Of a DNA stretch of 64,000 bases, positions 14,986 to 25,872 are shown in pieces. Where the stretch lies: assembly GCF_030684315.1 (NCBI RefSeq), contig NC_081383.1, positions 42,288,979-42,352,978 on the forward strand, written 5' to 3'. Source of the DNA: Stegostoma tigrinum (lineage: Eukaryota). Position numbers and translations under genes: made by a program. How positions within the stretch are numbered: position 1 is the stretch's first letter; every line of letters begins with the position of its first letter. Below the pieces are notes generated by a model. That model saw only the letters and a program-made list of their open reading frames with translations, was not told the DNA's origin and did no database searches.

Positions 14986-15009
14986 CTGTTCTATTATTGT
15001 TCTGTGTAT

Positions 15010-15220
15010 GAAGTCAGAAATCACACAACACCGTGTTATAGTCCAACAGGTTTATTTGAAATCATAAGCTTTCAGAGCATAGCCCCTTCATCAGGTGCTG
15101 ACGAAGGAGCAATATTCCAAATGCTTGTGATTTCAAATAAACCTGTTGGGCTATAACCTGGTGTCATGTGACTTCTGACCTTGTCCATCCCAGTCCAACA
15201 TGGGCACCTCCACATCATGT
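15010..15220. repeat. Fold-back element (inverted Penelope-type pseudo-LTR pair)
   Basis: ttatagtccaacaggtttatttgaaatca...tgatttcaaataaacctgttgggctataa inverted arms. Second copy at 24718-24925. Confidence 0.75.
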
Positions 15221-15481
15221 TCTGTGTATGATTTTTTTTAACAGTGTGTTGGGAGTTGGGTGAGTGATAGGCATCTTAGTGTCTTTCTAAAAATCTAACC
15301 TTCACATTTATTGTTTAAAACCTAAATTTTATCTAAGTTTAAACATGCATATTCAAACATTCCGGAGAGAACAACTGAAGTTTGTTAATTAAGAAAATTT
15401 GCTAACCCTGTTTTTTTTCTGTACCAGGTATAAATGAACTCAGTTTAAGTAAAATTAGGCATCTTAGTACAACAGAATGGA

Positions 15482-15810
15482 TGGCACAGTGGCTCAGTGG
15501 TTAGCACTGCTGCCTTATAGCACCAGGGACTAGGTTTGGTTCTACCCTTAGGTTACCGTCAGTGTGGAGTTTGCACATTATCCTCATGTCTGTGCGGGTT
15601 TTTACTGGGTGCTCGGTTTCCTTCAAAGTCCAAAGACATGCAAGTTAGATGGTTTGGCAATGCTAAATCAGCCATAATGTCGAGGGACATGCAAGTCTAG
15701 GTGGGCTAGTAGGGGAAATGAGGGGTAGAGCTGGGTGGGATGCTCTTTGGAGGGTCAGTGTGACTTTGATGAGCTGGATGGCCTGATTCCACCCTGTAGG
15801 AATTCTATGA
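15482..15810 (+). mobile_element. HE1-type V-SINE
   Basis: tRNA-like head ggcacagtggctcagtggttagcactgctgcc and V-domain gtgtggagtttgcac...gtccaaaga. Confidence 0.85.
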
Positions 15811-15954
15811 AAAACTGTGTGCAATTTTGAATAGAGTGCAGGCAGTTGGGTGAGTGAGGGGAGTTGTAATCTTGGTCAAAAAATCTTGTTTGTCTTTCAT
15901 AATTAAGACAGAACTGAAATATACTTGGATGAGGAGAAGATAGGTGGAGACAGA

Positions 15955-16088
15955 CTCTCCCTATTTACTTCAGAACCCTCTCCCCAACCCCTTTTCTGAT
16001 GAAGGGTCTAGGCCCGAAACGTCAGCTTTTGTGCTCCTAAGATGCTGCTTGGCCTGCTGTGTTCATCCAGCCCCACACTTTGTTATCT
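15955..16088 (+). mobile_element. Penelope pseudo-LTR fragment
   Basis: Near-identical to 61885-62020. Similar fragments at 7110-7222(+), 14192-14287(-), 21510-21635(+), 22500-22628(-), 41490-41630(-), 58518-58580(-). Confidence 0.8.
15996..16023 (+). ncRNA. Minimal hammerhead ribozyme motif (Penelope-type)
   Basis: Identical to 61926-61953: ctgatgaagggtctaggcccgaaacgtc. Confidence 0.55.
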
Positions 16089-16529
16089 ATGTCGCTGTTG
16101 TCCTTTAGGGTAGGAAACTGCCATCCTTACTATGTCAGGTCTATATGTGACTCCAGACCCACAGCAATGTGGTTGACTCTTAATTGCCCTCTGGCTAATT
16201 AGGGTTGGGTAATAAATACTGGCCCAATCACTGATGTCTGCATCCCATGAGTGAATTAAAAGAAACTTTGCTCTGCAAGCAGAATGCTGCAGGTTGGGTG
16301 AATGCTGCAAATAAGGAAGCAGCTGCTTCTTCTGCTTTTTCTAATTTTATTCCCCATAAGAATTGTTTCTTATTCTGTTACAGGAGAAGAAGCCACAGGA
16401 GGGATAGGATAGGAGTTAAGGTCTATTCTATTGCAGAAATTTAAAACTGGTGGTGAGGTTAACAAGATACGCAGTAAAGGAAAACAAATAACTGAAAAAA
16501 AACCTAAGTCAATCACACTAAGGATAACA

Positions 16530-16970
16530 GAAGAGGTGACGTGTTGTGCTGCAGTATGTGGAAACTTCTGGATGCCAGGGTGAACACATCTGCGGTGGCA
16601 TCTTGCAACTCCAGAAACTTTCAGTCATTGAGCTGAAGGCAGAAACTGCAACACAACAAGGAAGGGGAATGTCACCTGGATATTTAGTAACTGGAGTTGG
16701 TCACATCCCTTAGGACAGCCTCTACAGATAAGACCGGGGGTGCGGTGCTGTGGATGACCCAACTGATCAAGTCATTCTCAAACAAGAAGCCACTTAATTG
16801 GCTGAAGCGATGGGAAATGTAGTTGTAGCTGAGGGCAGTATATTGGGAGGCATCAACACTCTCTGCAGTAACAGTGAGAATTCAGATTGCTTTTTGCCTG
16901 CCTGATGCCAGGTTTCTGGACATTTATTCATGACTGGTGAGGAAATTACAGTTGGGGGGGATCCAACTGT
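16530..16970 (+). mobile_element. Decayed CR1 ORF1-like fragment
   Basis: Remnant of the CLPGAR-type esterase motif (tgcctgcctgatgccagg) and an upstream Cys-rich segment. Confidence 0.4.
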
Positions 16971-16971
16971 T

Positions 16972-18150
16972 ATAGAGTCAGAATCATAGAGCAGTACAGC
17001 ACAGAAACAGACCCTTTGGTTCAACTCATCCATGCCGACCAAATATCCTAAACTAATCTAGTCCTATTTGCCAGCATTTGGCCCATATCTGCCTAAACCC
17101 TTCCTATTCATGTATTGATCCAGATGCCTTTTAAATGTTGTAATTATACCAGCCTCCAGCACTTCCTCTGGCAGCTCATTTCATACATGCTTCACTCCCT
17201 ACATGAAAAAGTTGCCCCTCAGGTATTATGTATTAGTCTTAATCTTAATCCTCTTTGAACTGCTCCAATGCATTTAGATCCTTCTTCAAGTAATGTAACC
17301 AATATATTAATTCACAATACTCCAAATATGGCCTCATTAATGCCCTATACAACTTAACCTCCCTGCTACTTTATTCAATTCCCCTCACAATAAACAATAA
17401 TATTCTGTTAGCTTTCCTAATTACATCTTTCTTTCTTGTTCGAATGTGCCTGTTCTGTTTATGATGTATGGACCTGAACACCTATCTCTCTCAGCTCAGA
17501 GGTCTGCAATCTTTCATCATTTAGATGTTATGTTTCTTTTCTAGTCTTCCAACAAAAATGGACAATTTCATTCTTTCCACACCATTTTCTATTTGCCACT
17601 CATTTAATGTATGTATATTTTTCTCTAACTTCCTTTTGACCCCTTCATAATTTACTTTTTTATCTATCCATGTGTAGTCATTAACCCATTTGGCAAACAT
17701 ACTTTCCCTCCCTTCATCAGTGTAATTTAAATAATTGCACACAGTTGAGGCTCCAGCACTGATACCTGTTGCACATTACTAGTTATACCTGTCCAGCCTG
17801 AAAATGACCCATTTATGCCCACTCTCTTCTTCCTGTTAGCCAGCTAATTTTTTTCCCATGCCAATATGTAACCCTATGAACCATGACTTTCTATTTCTGC
17901 AGTGACAGGGAACGTTATCAAATGCCTTCCGGAAATATAAGTACAGTCTACCAGTCAGTTCCTCTTTGTCCACAACACATGTTCCTTCTTCAAAGAACTC
18001 CAGCAAATTGGTTGAACAAGAATTCACTAAATCCTCTGACTCTTAGTTTCCTGTAATAATGTCCTTAACAAAAGTTTCTAATATCTTCCCCATTACAGGT
18101 GTTAAGCTAATTGGCCTGCAGTTTCGTACTTTCTGTCTCCCTTTTTGAAT
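16972..18150 (-). mobile_element. CR1-like LINE fragments (HER1-type 3' end plus older RT)
   Basis: ORF 17836-18027(-) SCSTNLLEFFEE...YLYFRKAFDNVP; 3' tail at 16972-17225. Confidence 0.75.
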
Positions 18151-18154
18151 AAGC

Positions 18155-19082
18155 GAGTTCTTCAGGGTAGTGTAGTTAACCCAACCCAACCATCCTCAGC
18201 TGTTTCATCAATGACCTTCTCTCCATCGTAAAGTAAGAAATGGTGACGTTCACCAATGATTCACAATGTTCATCATGTACTGAAGCAGCCCATGTTCAAG
18301 TGCATGAAGATCTAAATAATATCCAGGCAAGTAACATTTACACCACACAAATATTAGGCAAAAGCCATCTCTAATAAGAGACTATCTATCCATTGCCTTG
18401 ATGTTCAATGGTATTATCATCACTGAATCCCCCACTATTAACATCCCGGGGCTTATCATCAATCGGCAACTCAACTAGGCTTGCAGTATAAATACGAAGG
18501 CTATAAGAGCAAGTCAGAGACTAGGAATACTGAGGCGAATATCTCACTCCCTGATTCCCCAAAGCCTATTCACTGCCTACAAGGCATAAATGAGGAATGT
18601 GATGGAATACTCCCCATTGCCTGGATGAGTGCAGTGCAAACAGCACTCAAGAAACTTGACACTACCGAGAACAAAGAAGCCCACTTGATTGGCACCACAT
18701 CTAAAAGCATCCACTTCCCTCCATCACTGATGCTCAGTAGCAGCCATGTGTACTGACTACAAGATGCACTGCAGAAATTCACCAAATGTCATTAGACAGC
18801 ACCTTCCAAACCCACAACCACTTCCATCTAGAAGGACAAGGGCAGCAGATACATGGGAAAACTACATCTGCAAATTCCCCTCCAAGCCACTCACCATCCT
18901 GACTTGGAAATGCCATTCCCTCACTGTTGCTGGAATTTCCTCCCTAATGGTATTATGGTTCTACCTACAGTGGCATGGACTGCAGCAGTTGAAGAAGGCA
19001 GCTCACCATCACCTTTTCAAGGGCAACTAGGAACATCCTGACTCAACCAGCAATGCCATTGCTCTATGAATAAATAAAAAAG
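18155..19082 (+). mobile_element. Second LINE family 3' fragment
   Basis: Aligns by eye with 47843-48596 (AWMSA..TALKKLDT). Minus-strand relics near 8965-9365, 9830-10185 and 27530-28105. Confidence 0.75.
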
Positions 19083-19099
19083 TTATTTTCCGATGTAAT

Positions 19100-20990
19100 C
19101 AAACCTTTAACAACTTGGTCAGTCCCACTTCCTTAATAATTGTCATCTTCTTGAACTCCTCCATCCCTTCCATTTACTGACTTGCAGCTATTTCAGGATG
19201 TTACTTATATCTTTTACAATGAAGACAAATCACGATTCCTGTTCAAATGATTTGCCATCTCCGTTTTTTACATTATTTATTCTCCAAACTCATACATTCA
19301 ATGGCCATTTTTCCTTCACAATTATAGAAATGTTACTGTCTGTTTTGATATTTCTAGCTAGCTTTTACTCACACTCTAAATTTTCCATCATCGTTAATAT
19401 TTATTTTCGGTATTTTATATACTACTGTATCTTCTTTCTTGCCATTTATCTTTATAAAATTATATGCTATATCTTTTAGTTTGATACTATCATTTTTTTT
19501 AAGTGAACCACAGATTGAGGGCCCTTCCTTGACATTTTTCTTACTTTCTTCTTGGAATGTGCCCATTCTGAGTATTCAGATATATCCCCTTGAATAACAC
19601 TGCATTACATCAGTTCACTTTACTCGCTCCTTTTTCTTGCCCTCTTAATTGTCTTCACTTAAGTTTAAAATACCACCCTCAGACCCAATCCTCTCTCCCT
19701 CAAACTGAATTACGCTCACCGCTAGTTGGAGCACCTTCACAATAAGGTCATTAATAAATCCATCTCATTGCACAGTGCGGGCTTTATTACAGTCCACTCT
19801 CTGTTAGCATCCCAAAATGTTGTTCTTAGAAACTATTGCAAAAACACTCTGTCAACTCCTTGTTTAGGTTGCCTTTACACACCTGATTTTTTTCTGTCTA
19901 TTTGTATATTGAACCACCACCCTCACATGATTATCTCTGTACATTCTTGAAAAGGTCCTATTATTTTTTCCTGTATATTCCACCCTACTGTGTGGACACT
20001 CCCTCACTCCCACAAGTAGCCTCTTATCTTTATCGTTTTTCATTTTACCCAAACCAGTTCTATATCCTGTTTCCCTGACCTTAGATTCTTCTTCTGTACT
20101 GTGGTAACACTAGAATTAATGAACAGAGCCAAACTTTTCCTACTTTCTGTTCTTTATAAATGTCATTTTTGATTTGATTTATTGTTGTCACATGTGTTCC
20201 AAGTACAGTGAGAAGTTTTGTTTAGCATGCAGTAAACGCAGATCATATCATACAAAGATCAAAGGGTGAATAATTGTAAGAAATATCAGAATAAGATCTG
20301 CTGTAGATAGCTCACAAAGAGTCCCCCAGCATCACTGCTGCCTTGAAATCAATGATTCAATACTCAGATCCCAACTTATGTCCTCCCCAAGGTATGTCAC
20401 TGTAATGTTTATCAGATCGCACTTCCTTATTTCTATTTGTGCTCTCAGCTTTGTTTTGAAAGCTATGTGGATTCAGATACAGAGGCTTTCATTTCGCCCA
20501 TTTATTATTTTTGAACCCATCACCCTTACCCGTTGATTAACACTTCATGGTCTGTTTGTCATTTTCCCTTATTAATAACTTGCTCACTTGCCTTCATTGT
20601 ACTCTTTGATTTATTACATCTTCCTAAACTTGATCCCTTGCCTCACCATTTAGTTTAAAACTTCGCTACTTCCTTTTTAAGTGGCTCATTAGAACACTTG
20701 TCCAGCAAGGTTCAGTTACTTTCCTGTATTAATGCTCTCATTTTCCCCAGTAGTGGTGCCAGTGCTCTATGAACTGGAATCCATTTCTCTCACACCAGTC
20801 TTTGAGTCACACATTCAGTTCTCTAATATTATTTGCCCTCTGCCAATGTACACAGGGCCCTTGTAATAACTCATAGATTATCTCATTTGAGGTTCTGTTT
20901 CTTAATTTTGTGTCTAACTCTTCATACTGATGACACAAAACCTCTTTCCTTTTCTTGCCTATGTGATTGGTACCTATCTGGACAACAGCC
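19100..20990 (-). mobile_element. Old CR1 LINE remnants including ORF1 SGNH-esterase segment
   Basis: ORF 20807-20992(-) VVQIGTN.IG...; ORF 19864-20052(-) resembles the CR1 endonuclease LLVGV. Confidence 0.55.
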
Positions 20991-20994
20991 ACTT

Positions 20995-21500
20995 CTGGAA
21001 TACTGTAAACGTCTCAATTTTTTAGGGAAGATGTTGTTAAACTTGAAAAGGTTTAGAAAATATGTAAAGTTTGTTGCTGGAGTTGGAGGGTTTGAGCTGA
21101 ATAAGTTGGGGCTATTTTCCCTGGAGAGTCGGAAGCTGAGGGGTGACCCGACAGAGGTTTATAAAATCATGAGGGGCATGGATAGGGTGAATAGCCAAGG
21201 TCTTTTCCCCAGGGTAGGGGATTCCAAAACTAGAGGGAGACAGTGAAAATATTTAAAAGGGACCTAAGGGGCAGCTTTTTTACATAAAGGGTGGTGGGTG
21301 TATGGAATAAGCTGCCAGAGGAAGTGGTGGAGGCTGGTACAATATAACATTTAAAAGGCAACTGGACGGGCACATGAATAGGAAGAGTTTAGAGGGACTT
21401 GGGCCAAATGCTGGCAAATAGGACTAGACTAAATAAGGATATCTGGTCAGCATGGACGAGTTGAACCAAAGGGTCTGTTTCCATGCTGGACAATTCTGAA
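20995..21500 (+). mobile_element. CR1/HER1-like LINE 3' fragment
   Basis: LGLFSLESRKLRGD.TEVYKIMRGMDRVNSQGLFPRVG. Confidence 0.85.
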
Positions 21501-21921
21501 CCTTTTAGTGTCTTACTAGACTTGAAATGTTAACTCTATTTCTTTCTCTACTGATGCTACCAGACCTCCTGAGCTTCTCCAGCATTCTCTGTGTTTGGTT
21601 CAGATTTCCAGCCACCACAGTATTTTGCTTTTTATTATGGCTGATCATCTACCTGCACATCATTTCCCCTGTGTGGTTGGATACCTTTCATGTCTAGAAA
21701 CCTGTCTTGAACATACTCAATAACAGGGTTTCCCCAGCCCTCTAGGGTTTGACCTCCAGCTATTCCCTTAGTCAAAGGATCAACAATTAGGAGTCACATC
21801 TTTAAAGTGAAAAGCAGGAGGTTTAGAAGTGATTTGAGAAAAACATTAACAAAATCAGAAATTACTGGAGAAACTTGGCAGGTCTGGCAGCATCAGTGGA
21901 GAGAAAGCAGAGTTAACGAGG

Positions 21922-22222
21922 CATCCCTACAATTGGAAGCAGGCCATTTGGCCCATTGAGTTTTCACCAACCCTCTGAAGAGCATCCCACCCAGACCCTC
22001 CCTCTGTAACACCACATTTACCATGGATAATCCCTGCACACTAGGGGTAATTTCCCATGGCCAGTCTACTAACCTGCACATCTTTGGACTGTGGGAGGAA
22101 ACCAGAACACCCAGAGGAGACCCACATAGACACAGGGAGAACATGCAAACAGTCACCCAAGGGTGCGATTGAACCGAGGTCCCTGATGCTACGAGGCAGC
22201 AGTGCTAACCACCAAGCCACCT
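21922..22222 (-). mobile_element. HE1-type V-SINE
   Basis: Reverse complement of HE1 head and V-domain; nested in a Penelope pseudo-LTR. Confidence 0.85.
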
Positions 22223-22885
22223 TGCTACGCCATTTTGGTTCTAGTGACCCTTCTTCAGAAGTGAGGAAGGAATTTTTCACCTGGAGGGGTGGTCGGGGTC
22301 TAGAATGCATTTCCCGAGAAGGTAGTAGAGGCAGGAAACCTGACAAACTTCACAAAGCACTTGAAGGTGTCACAACATTCAAGGTTAGAGCTGGAAAGTG
22401 GGGCTAGTGTAGATTGTCGTATATTTTGAGCAGTATGGACTCGATGGGCAGAAAGTCCCCTTCTGTATGAATCTGTGACTGAGTAAAGTATTATCTAAAA
22501 ACTGAAACACCTGCGATGCTGTAAATCAGAAACAAGAACAGGAATTAGTGGAAAAGCTCCGTAGGTCTGGCAGAATCTGTGGAGAGAAATCAGAGTTAAC
22601 CTTTCTGGTTGGGTGACCCTTCCTCGGAAGAGTCAAGTGCTGACTAGCCTGCCCCTGAGACACACTGGTCTTCGGAGCAGTAGAACTGACTGGGAACTCC
22701 ATGCGAGTTACTGGGCTGTGGGTAGGCTGTGTGTATCCGGAGGATTGCGGACATCCACCCATTAGCCCCTGTGAAAGAGATGCTGGAGCAGCGTGGTGTG
22801 GTTTGGAGAGAGTGCAGCCTGCTAACACTGAGAACGTACAAGTTTGGTGGCTGTGGAAGCGTCAGAAGCCACATTGCTGGTGTTT

Positions 22886-22925
22886 TATAATTTATAACCG
22901 CCCTGCCTTGCAGCTGCAGCTCAGT
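22886..22925 (+). promoter_or_regulatory. Candidate TATA-Inr core promoter of the TRIM gene
   Basis: TATAA at 22886 and 22893; TCAGT initiator-like motif with its A at 22923, 30 nt after the second TATAA. No splice acceptor directly ahead of the ATG. Confidence 0.45.
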
Positions 22926-22985
22926 GTCGATGAGGTCTGTGTCTAACACAGAGACTTTGCTTTCTGTTCTATTCTGGGCTACACC

Positions 22986-23525
22986 ATGGCAACTGCCTCA
23001 TCTCAGTCATGGTTAGACGAGGAGCTGACCTGTTCTATTTGCCTGCAGGTCTACACCGACCCAGTGACCCTGGCGTGCCAGCACAGTTACTGCCGTTCTT
23101 GCATCGAGGAGTTTTCGCCCCAGAGCTGCCCGGAGTGCCGGGCCGAGCTGCCCGGCTTTAGGAGGCTGCACCTGGCCAAGGGCGCTGGAGATTACCTGGC
23201 GGTGGGCCCAGCGGCAGCGGCGGCTCCGAACAGCGCGCTGTGCAGCTATTGCAACCGCAGGCAGGCTGTGAAAACCTGCCTGAAGTGTGAAGCCTCCATG
23301 TGCCCCATTCACCTGAAACTGCACACGGCCAACAGGGTGTTCAAAACCCACCCCCTGGTGGATACATCGGCGGATCTGTCCGTCTGGAGATGTGCTGAAC
23401 ACGAGAGGCTCCTGGACATTTACTGTAAAGAGGACAAGGTGTGCATCTGCACCCTCTGCACCTTGATAGGCAAACACAAGGGGCACAACTGTGGCAGCAT
23501 CAGCGAAGGGGAGCAGGAGCTCAGG
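22986..23525 (+). CDS. TRIM E3 ligase (TRIM25/TRIM16/finTRIM-like), coding exon 1: RING, B-box1, B-box2
   Basis: Strong Kozak acaccATGG. C3HC4 RING (CSIC...CQH..CRSC...CPEC), B-box1 (CSYC...CLKCEASMC..HL..H....H), B-box2 (CAEH....IYCKEDKVCICTLC....HKGH). Donor AGG|gtaagt at 23526, phase 0; 540 nt. Confidence 0.96.
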
Positions 23526-23554
23526 GTAAGTGGCTTGCCTCTCTGCACCCTTTC

Positions 23555-23898
23555 ATTGCTGGACCAGGCTAAGCCCCATCCCCATCTCCTACCTACTGAC
23601 CTCATCCTGCCCCCTTGACCTGTCCATCCTCCCTGGACTGACCTATCCCCTCCCTACCTCCCCACCTACACTCACCTTTACTGGCTCCATCCCCGCCTCT
23701 TTAACATGTCTGCCTCCTCCCCACCTATTTTCTCCTCAATCCATCTTCTATCCGCCTCCCCTTCTCTCCCTATTTATTTCAGAACCCCCTTCCCCTCCCC
23801 CATTTGTGAGGAAGGGTCTAGGCCCAAAACATAAGCTTTCCTGCTCCTCTGATGCTGCTTGGCCTGCTGTGTGCACCCAGCTCCGCACCTTGTTATCT
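23555..23898 (+). mobile_element. Penelope pseudo-LTR filling most of TRIM intron 1
   Basis: Close match to 61730-62020 (cctcatcc..ccttgacctgtcc...gaagggtctaggccc...gatgctgcttggcctgctgtg). Confidence 0.85.
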
Positions 23899-23927
23899 CT
23901 TGGTTTTCTCTCTTTCGTTCTTGTTAG

Positions 23928-24023
23928 GGCAACTTAGACCATCATCTGAAAAACATCCAGCAAAATGTTGCATCCATCCAGACATCTCTCCGTGATCTTC
24001 ACACACAAAAGCTGAATACTCAG
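23928..24023 (+). CDS. TRIM coding exon 2 (coiled coil, 96 nt)
   Basis: Acceptor ttctctctttcgttcttgttag, donor CAG|gtgggt. Encodes GNLDHHLKNIQQNVASIQTSLRDLHTQKLNTQ. A 96-nt phase 0-0 exon is typical of B30.2 TRIM genes. Confidence 0.92.
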
Positions 24024-24717
24024 GTGGGTTCAATTTCTGAAGTTTAACCTTTTATCTTCACCAGCCCCCTTTCCGCTGGGGTTCCTCTGCTTTCCCAACC
24101 ACATGGGCATTGTCACCTCTACCCAGTTTCATTTCCCCTGCCAGCCTCTGCCTCCTCCAAGTCCTGTCCCCTCCTTTCTTACCTCCAAAACCAAATTTTG
24201 AGAAGCACAATGTTTTTGCTTCCAGCTGGTTCTACTGTTTGTGTCCCTTACCCAGCTCGATGCAAACAAAACTTTCCAGAAGGTCTGACCCCTAGGGATG
24301 CTTGGGAAACATTAAAATTACAAAATCTTTGATACGAGCTCCAATCGTGTTAAGCTTTGATCCAGGTCCAACACTGGTTTCCTATTCAACACAAAGTGAT
24401 CTTTTCTACTTCATATCCTTCAGAAGGTCACCTAGCTTCTTTACTGAGCTCAGCCTATCTGCAAGCTCAGTCTTTGCCATTTCCACTGTTGATAACTCCA
24501 CTGCTGTTTTCTGTTCCTCCTTTCTACAACTTCTACTCATCTGATTGTGCTCATCCAAAAGACTCCAGATGTGTGAAATGTCACCTGTTTGTTGAAATCC
24601 TTATAAAGGTCCAGCCTCTTTTCTTGGTCTTTCTTAGAATTGTATTCACACATCACGGCCACACTTAGCGAAAGTCCCTCTTTGAACACCTTTCATTGAA
24701 TCCCTACAGTGCCCAAA

Positions 24718-24925
24718 GAGTTAGAAGTCACATGACACCAGGTTATAGTCCAACAGATTTATTTGAAATCACAGGCTTTCATAGCACAGCCCCTTCATCA
24801 GATGCTGACGAAGGGGCTGCAATCCAAAAGCTTGTGATTTCAAATAAACCTGTTGGATGATAGCCTGGTGTCGCATGACTTCTGACCTGGTCCACCCCAG
24901 TTCAACACCGGCACCTCTACATCAC
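24718..24925. repeat. Fold-back element, same family as 15010-15220
   Basis: Inverted arms around cttcatcag/ctgacgaag; interrupts an HE1 SINE. Confidence 0.75.
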
Positions 24926-25638
24926 ACGCAGAAAGAGGGCATTTGGCCAATGGGTCAACACTGACCCTCTGAAGAGCATTCCCCAGCCCCAGCCCTCTAC
25001 CCTATGTCCATAACACCTACACATCTCTGGATACTGTGGGCAATTTACCATAACCAATCCACATAACCTGCACATCCCTGGTCTGTGGGAGGAAGTCCAT
25101 GCAGACACGGGGAGAAGGTGCAAACTCCACACAGACAATTACCCAAGACTGGAATTGAACCTGGTGCTAATCACTGAGTTCTTTGGTCCATTGATTCCCC
25201 TTTCTTAACTCTCACACTTGGCATTTATTGATCCTTATGTCTCTAAGAAGTGAGACCAGCACATCGGAAAGCCTGTTGCTACCAAAGTTAAATTTCTGAT
25301 TTGTCATATTATAAAAAATTCTATTTGCTGATTTATTCTGAGAACTGGTTCATTAGCTCAAATTATTTTCAGCTGGGGTTGGTTACGATGCCTGTTATAG
25401 TCAAATAACCTGCTAGCATTGCAAAGGTTTGCACATGAAGGATGGCTGTTTGAGCCTGGTAATTGGAGTAAACCAGTAAATTGAAAAAGGAAAGAAGAAA
25501 CTTGCAGATCAAAACCATCAGATATGCCCCTTTCTTTAAAAGGGCTGATGTTTGCAGTTAGAGCAAAGTGATTTATTATTGACGTGGACTTACCACTAAA
25601 TAATGAAATGAACAATCAAAGCTAACCTGTCTCTTTAG

Positions 25639-25872
25639 AGCCTGATAACAGAAACAAAGAGAGAAGTGAAAGAAAAGTATGATGCATTGAGGAAACACAT
25701 TGAAAATGAAGAGCAAGATGTTTTCCATTGTCTGGATAAGGAACAGAGCCGCGTGACAGCAGCTATTGACAGCCACATTCAAAAGCTGGAAAAGGAAATC
25801 AAATTCTTTGAGATGTGTCTGGTTAACCTCACAGACCTTTCACAGAAGAGGGAGAAACATGCATTTATACAG
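25639..25872 (+). CDS. TRIM coding exon 3 (coiled coil, 234 nt)
   Basis: Branch-like gctaac, acceptor ctgtctctttag, donor CAG|gtaaca. Encodes SLITETKREVKEKYDALRKHIENEEQ...KHAFIQ; size typical for this exon. Confidence 0.93.

Noticed and set aside
15482-15550. tRNA-like sequence
   Set aside because: Head of an HE1 SINE, not a full cloverleaf; the same applies to short tRNA-like repeats near 33680, 34990 and 62100.
22497-22700. IRF-like (aaaactgaaac) and NF-kB-like (gggaactcc) motifs upstream of the TRIM gene
   Set aside because: Imperfect short matches expected by chance; the first lies at a repeat edge.
23526-23618. C-terminal extension of the 210-aa ORF
   Set aside because: Runs past a consensus donor into Penelope-derived intron sequence.
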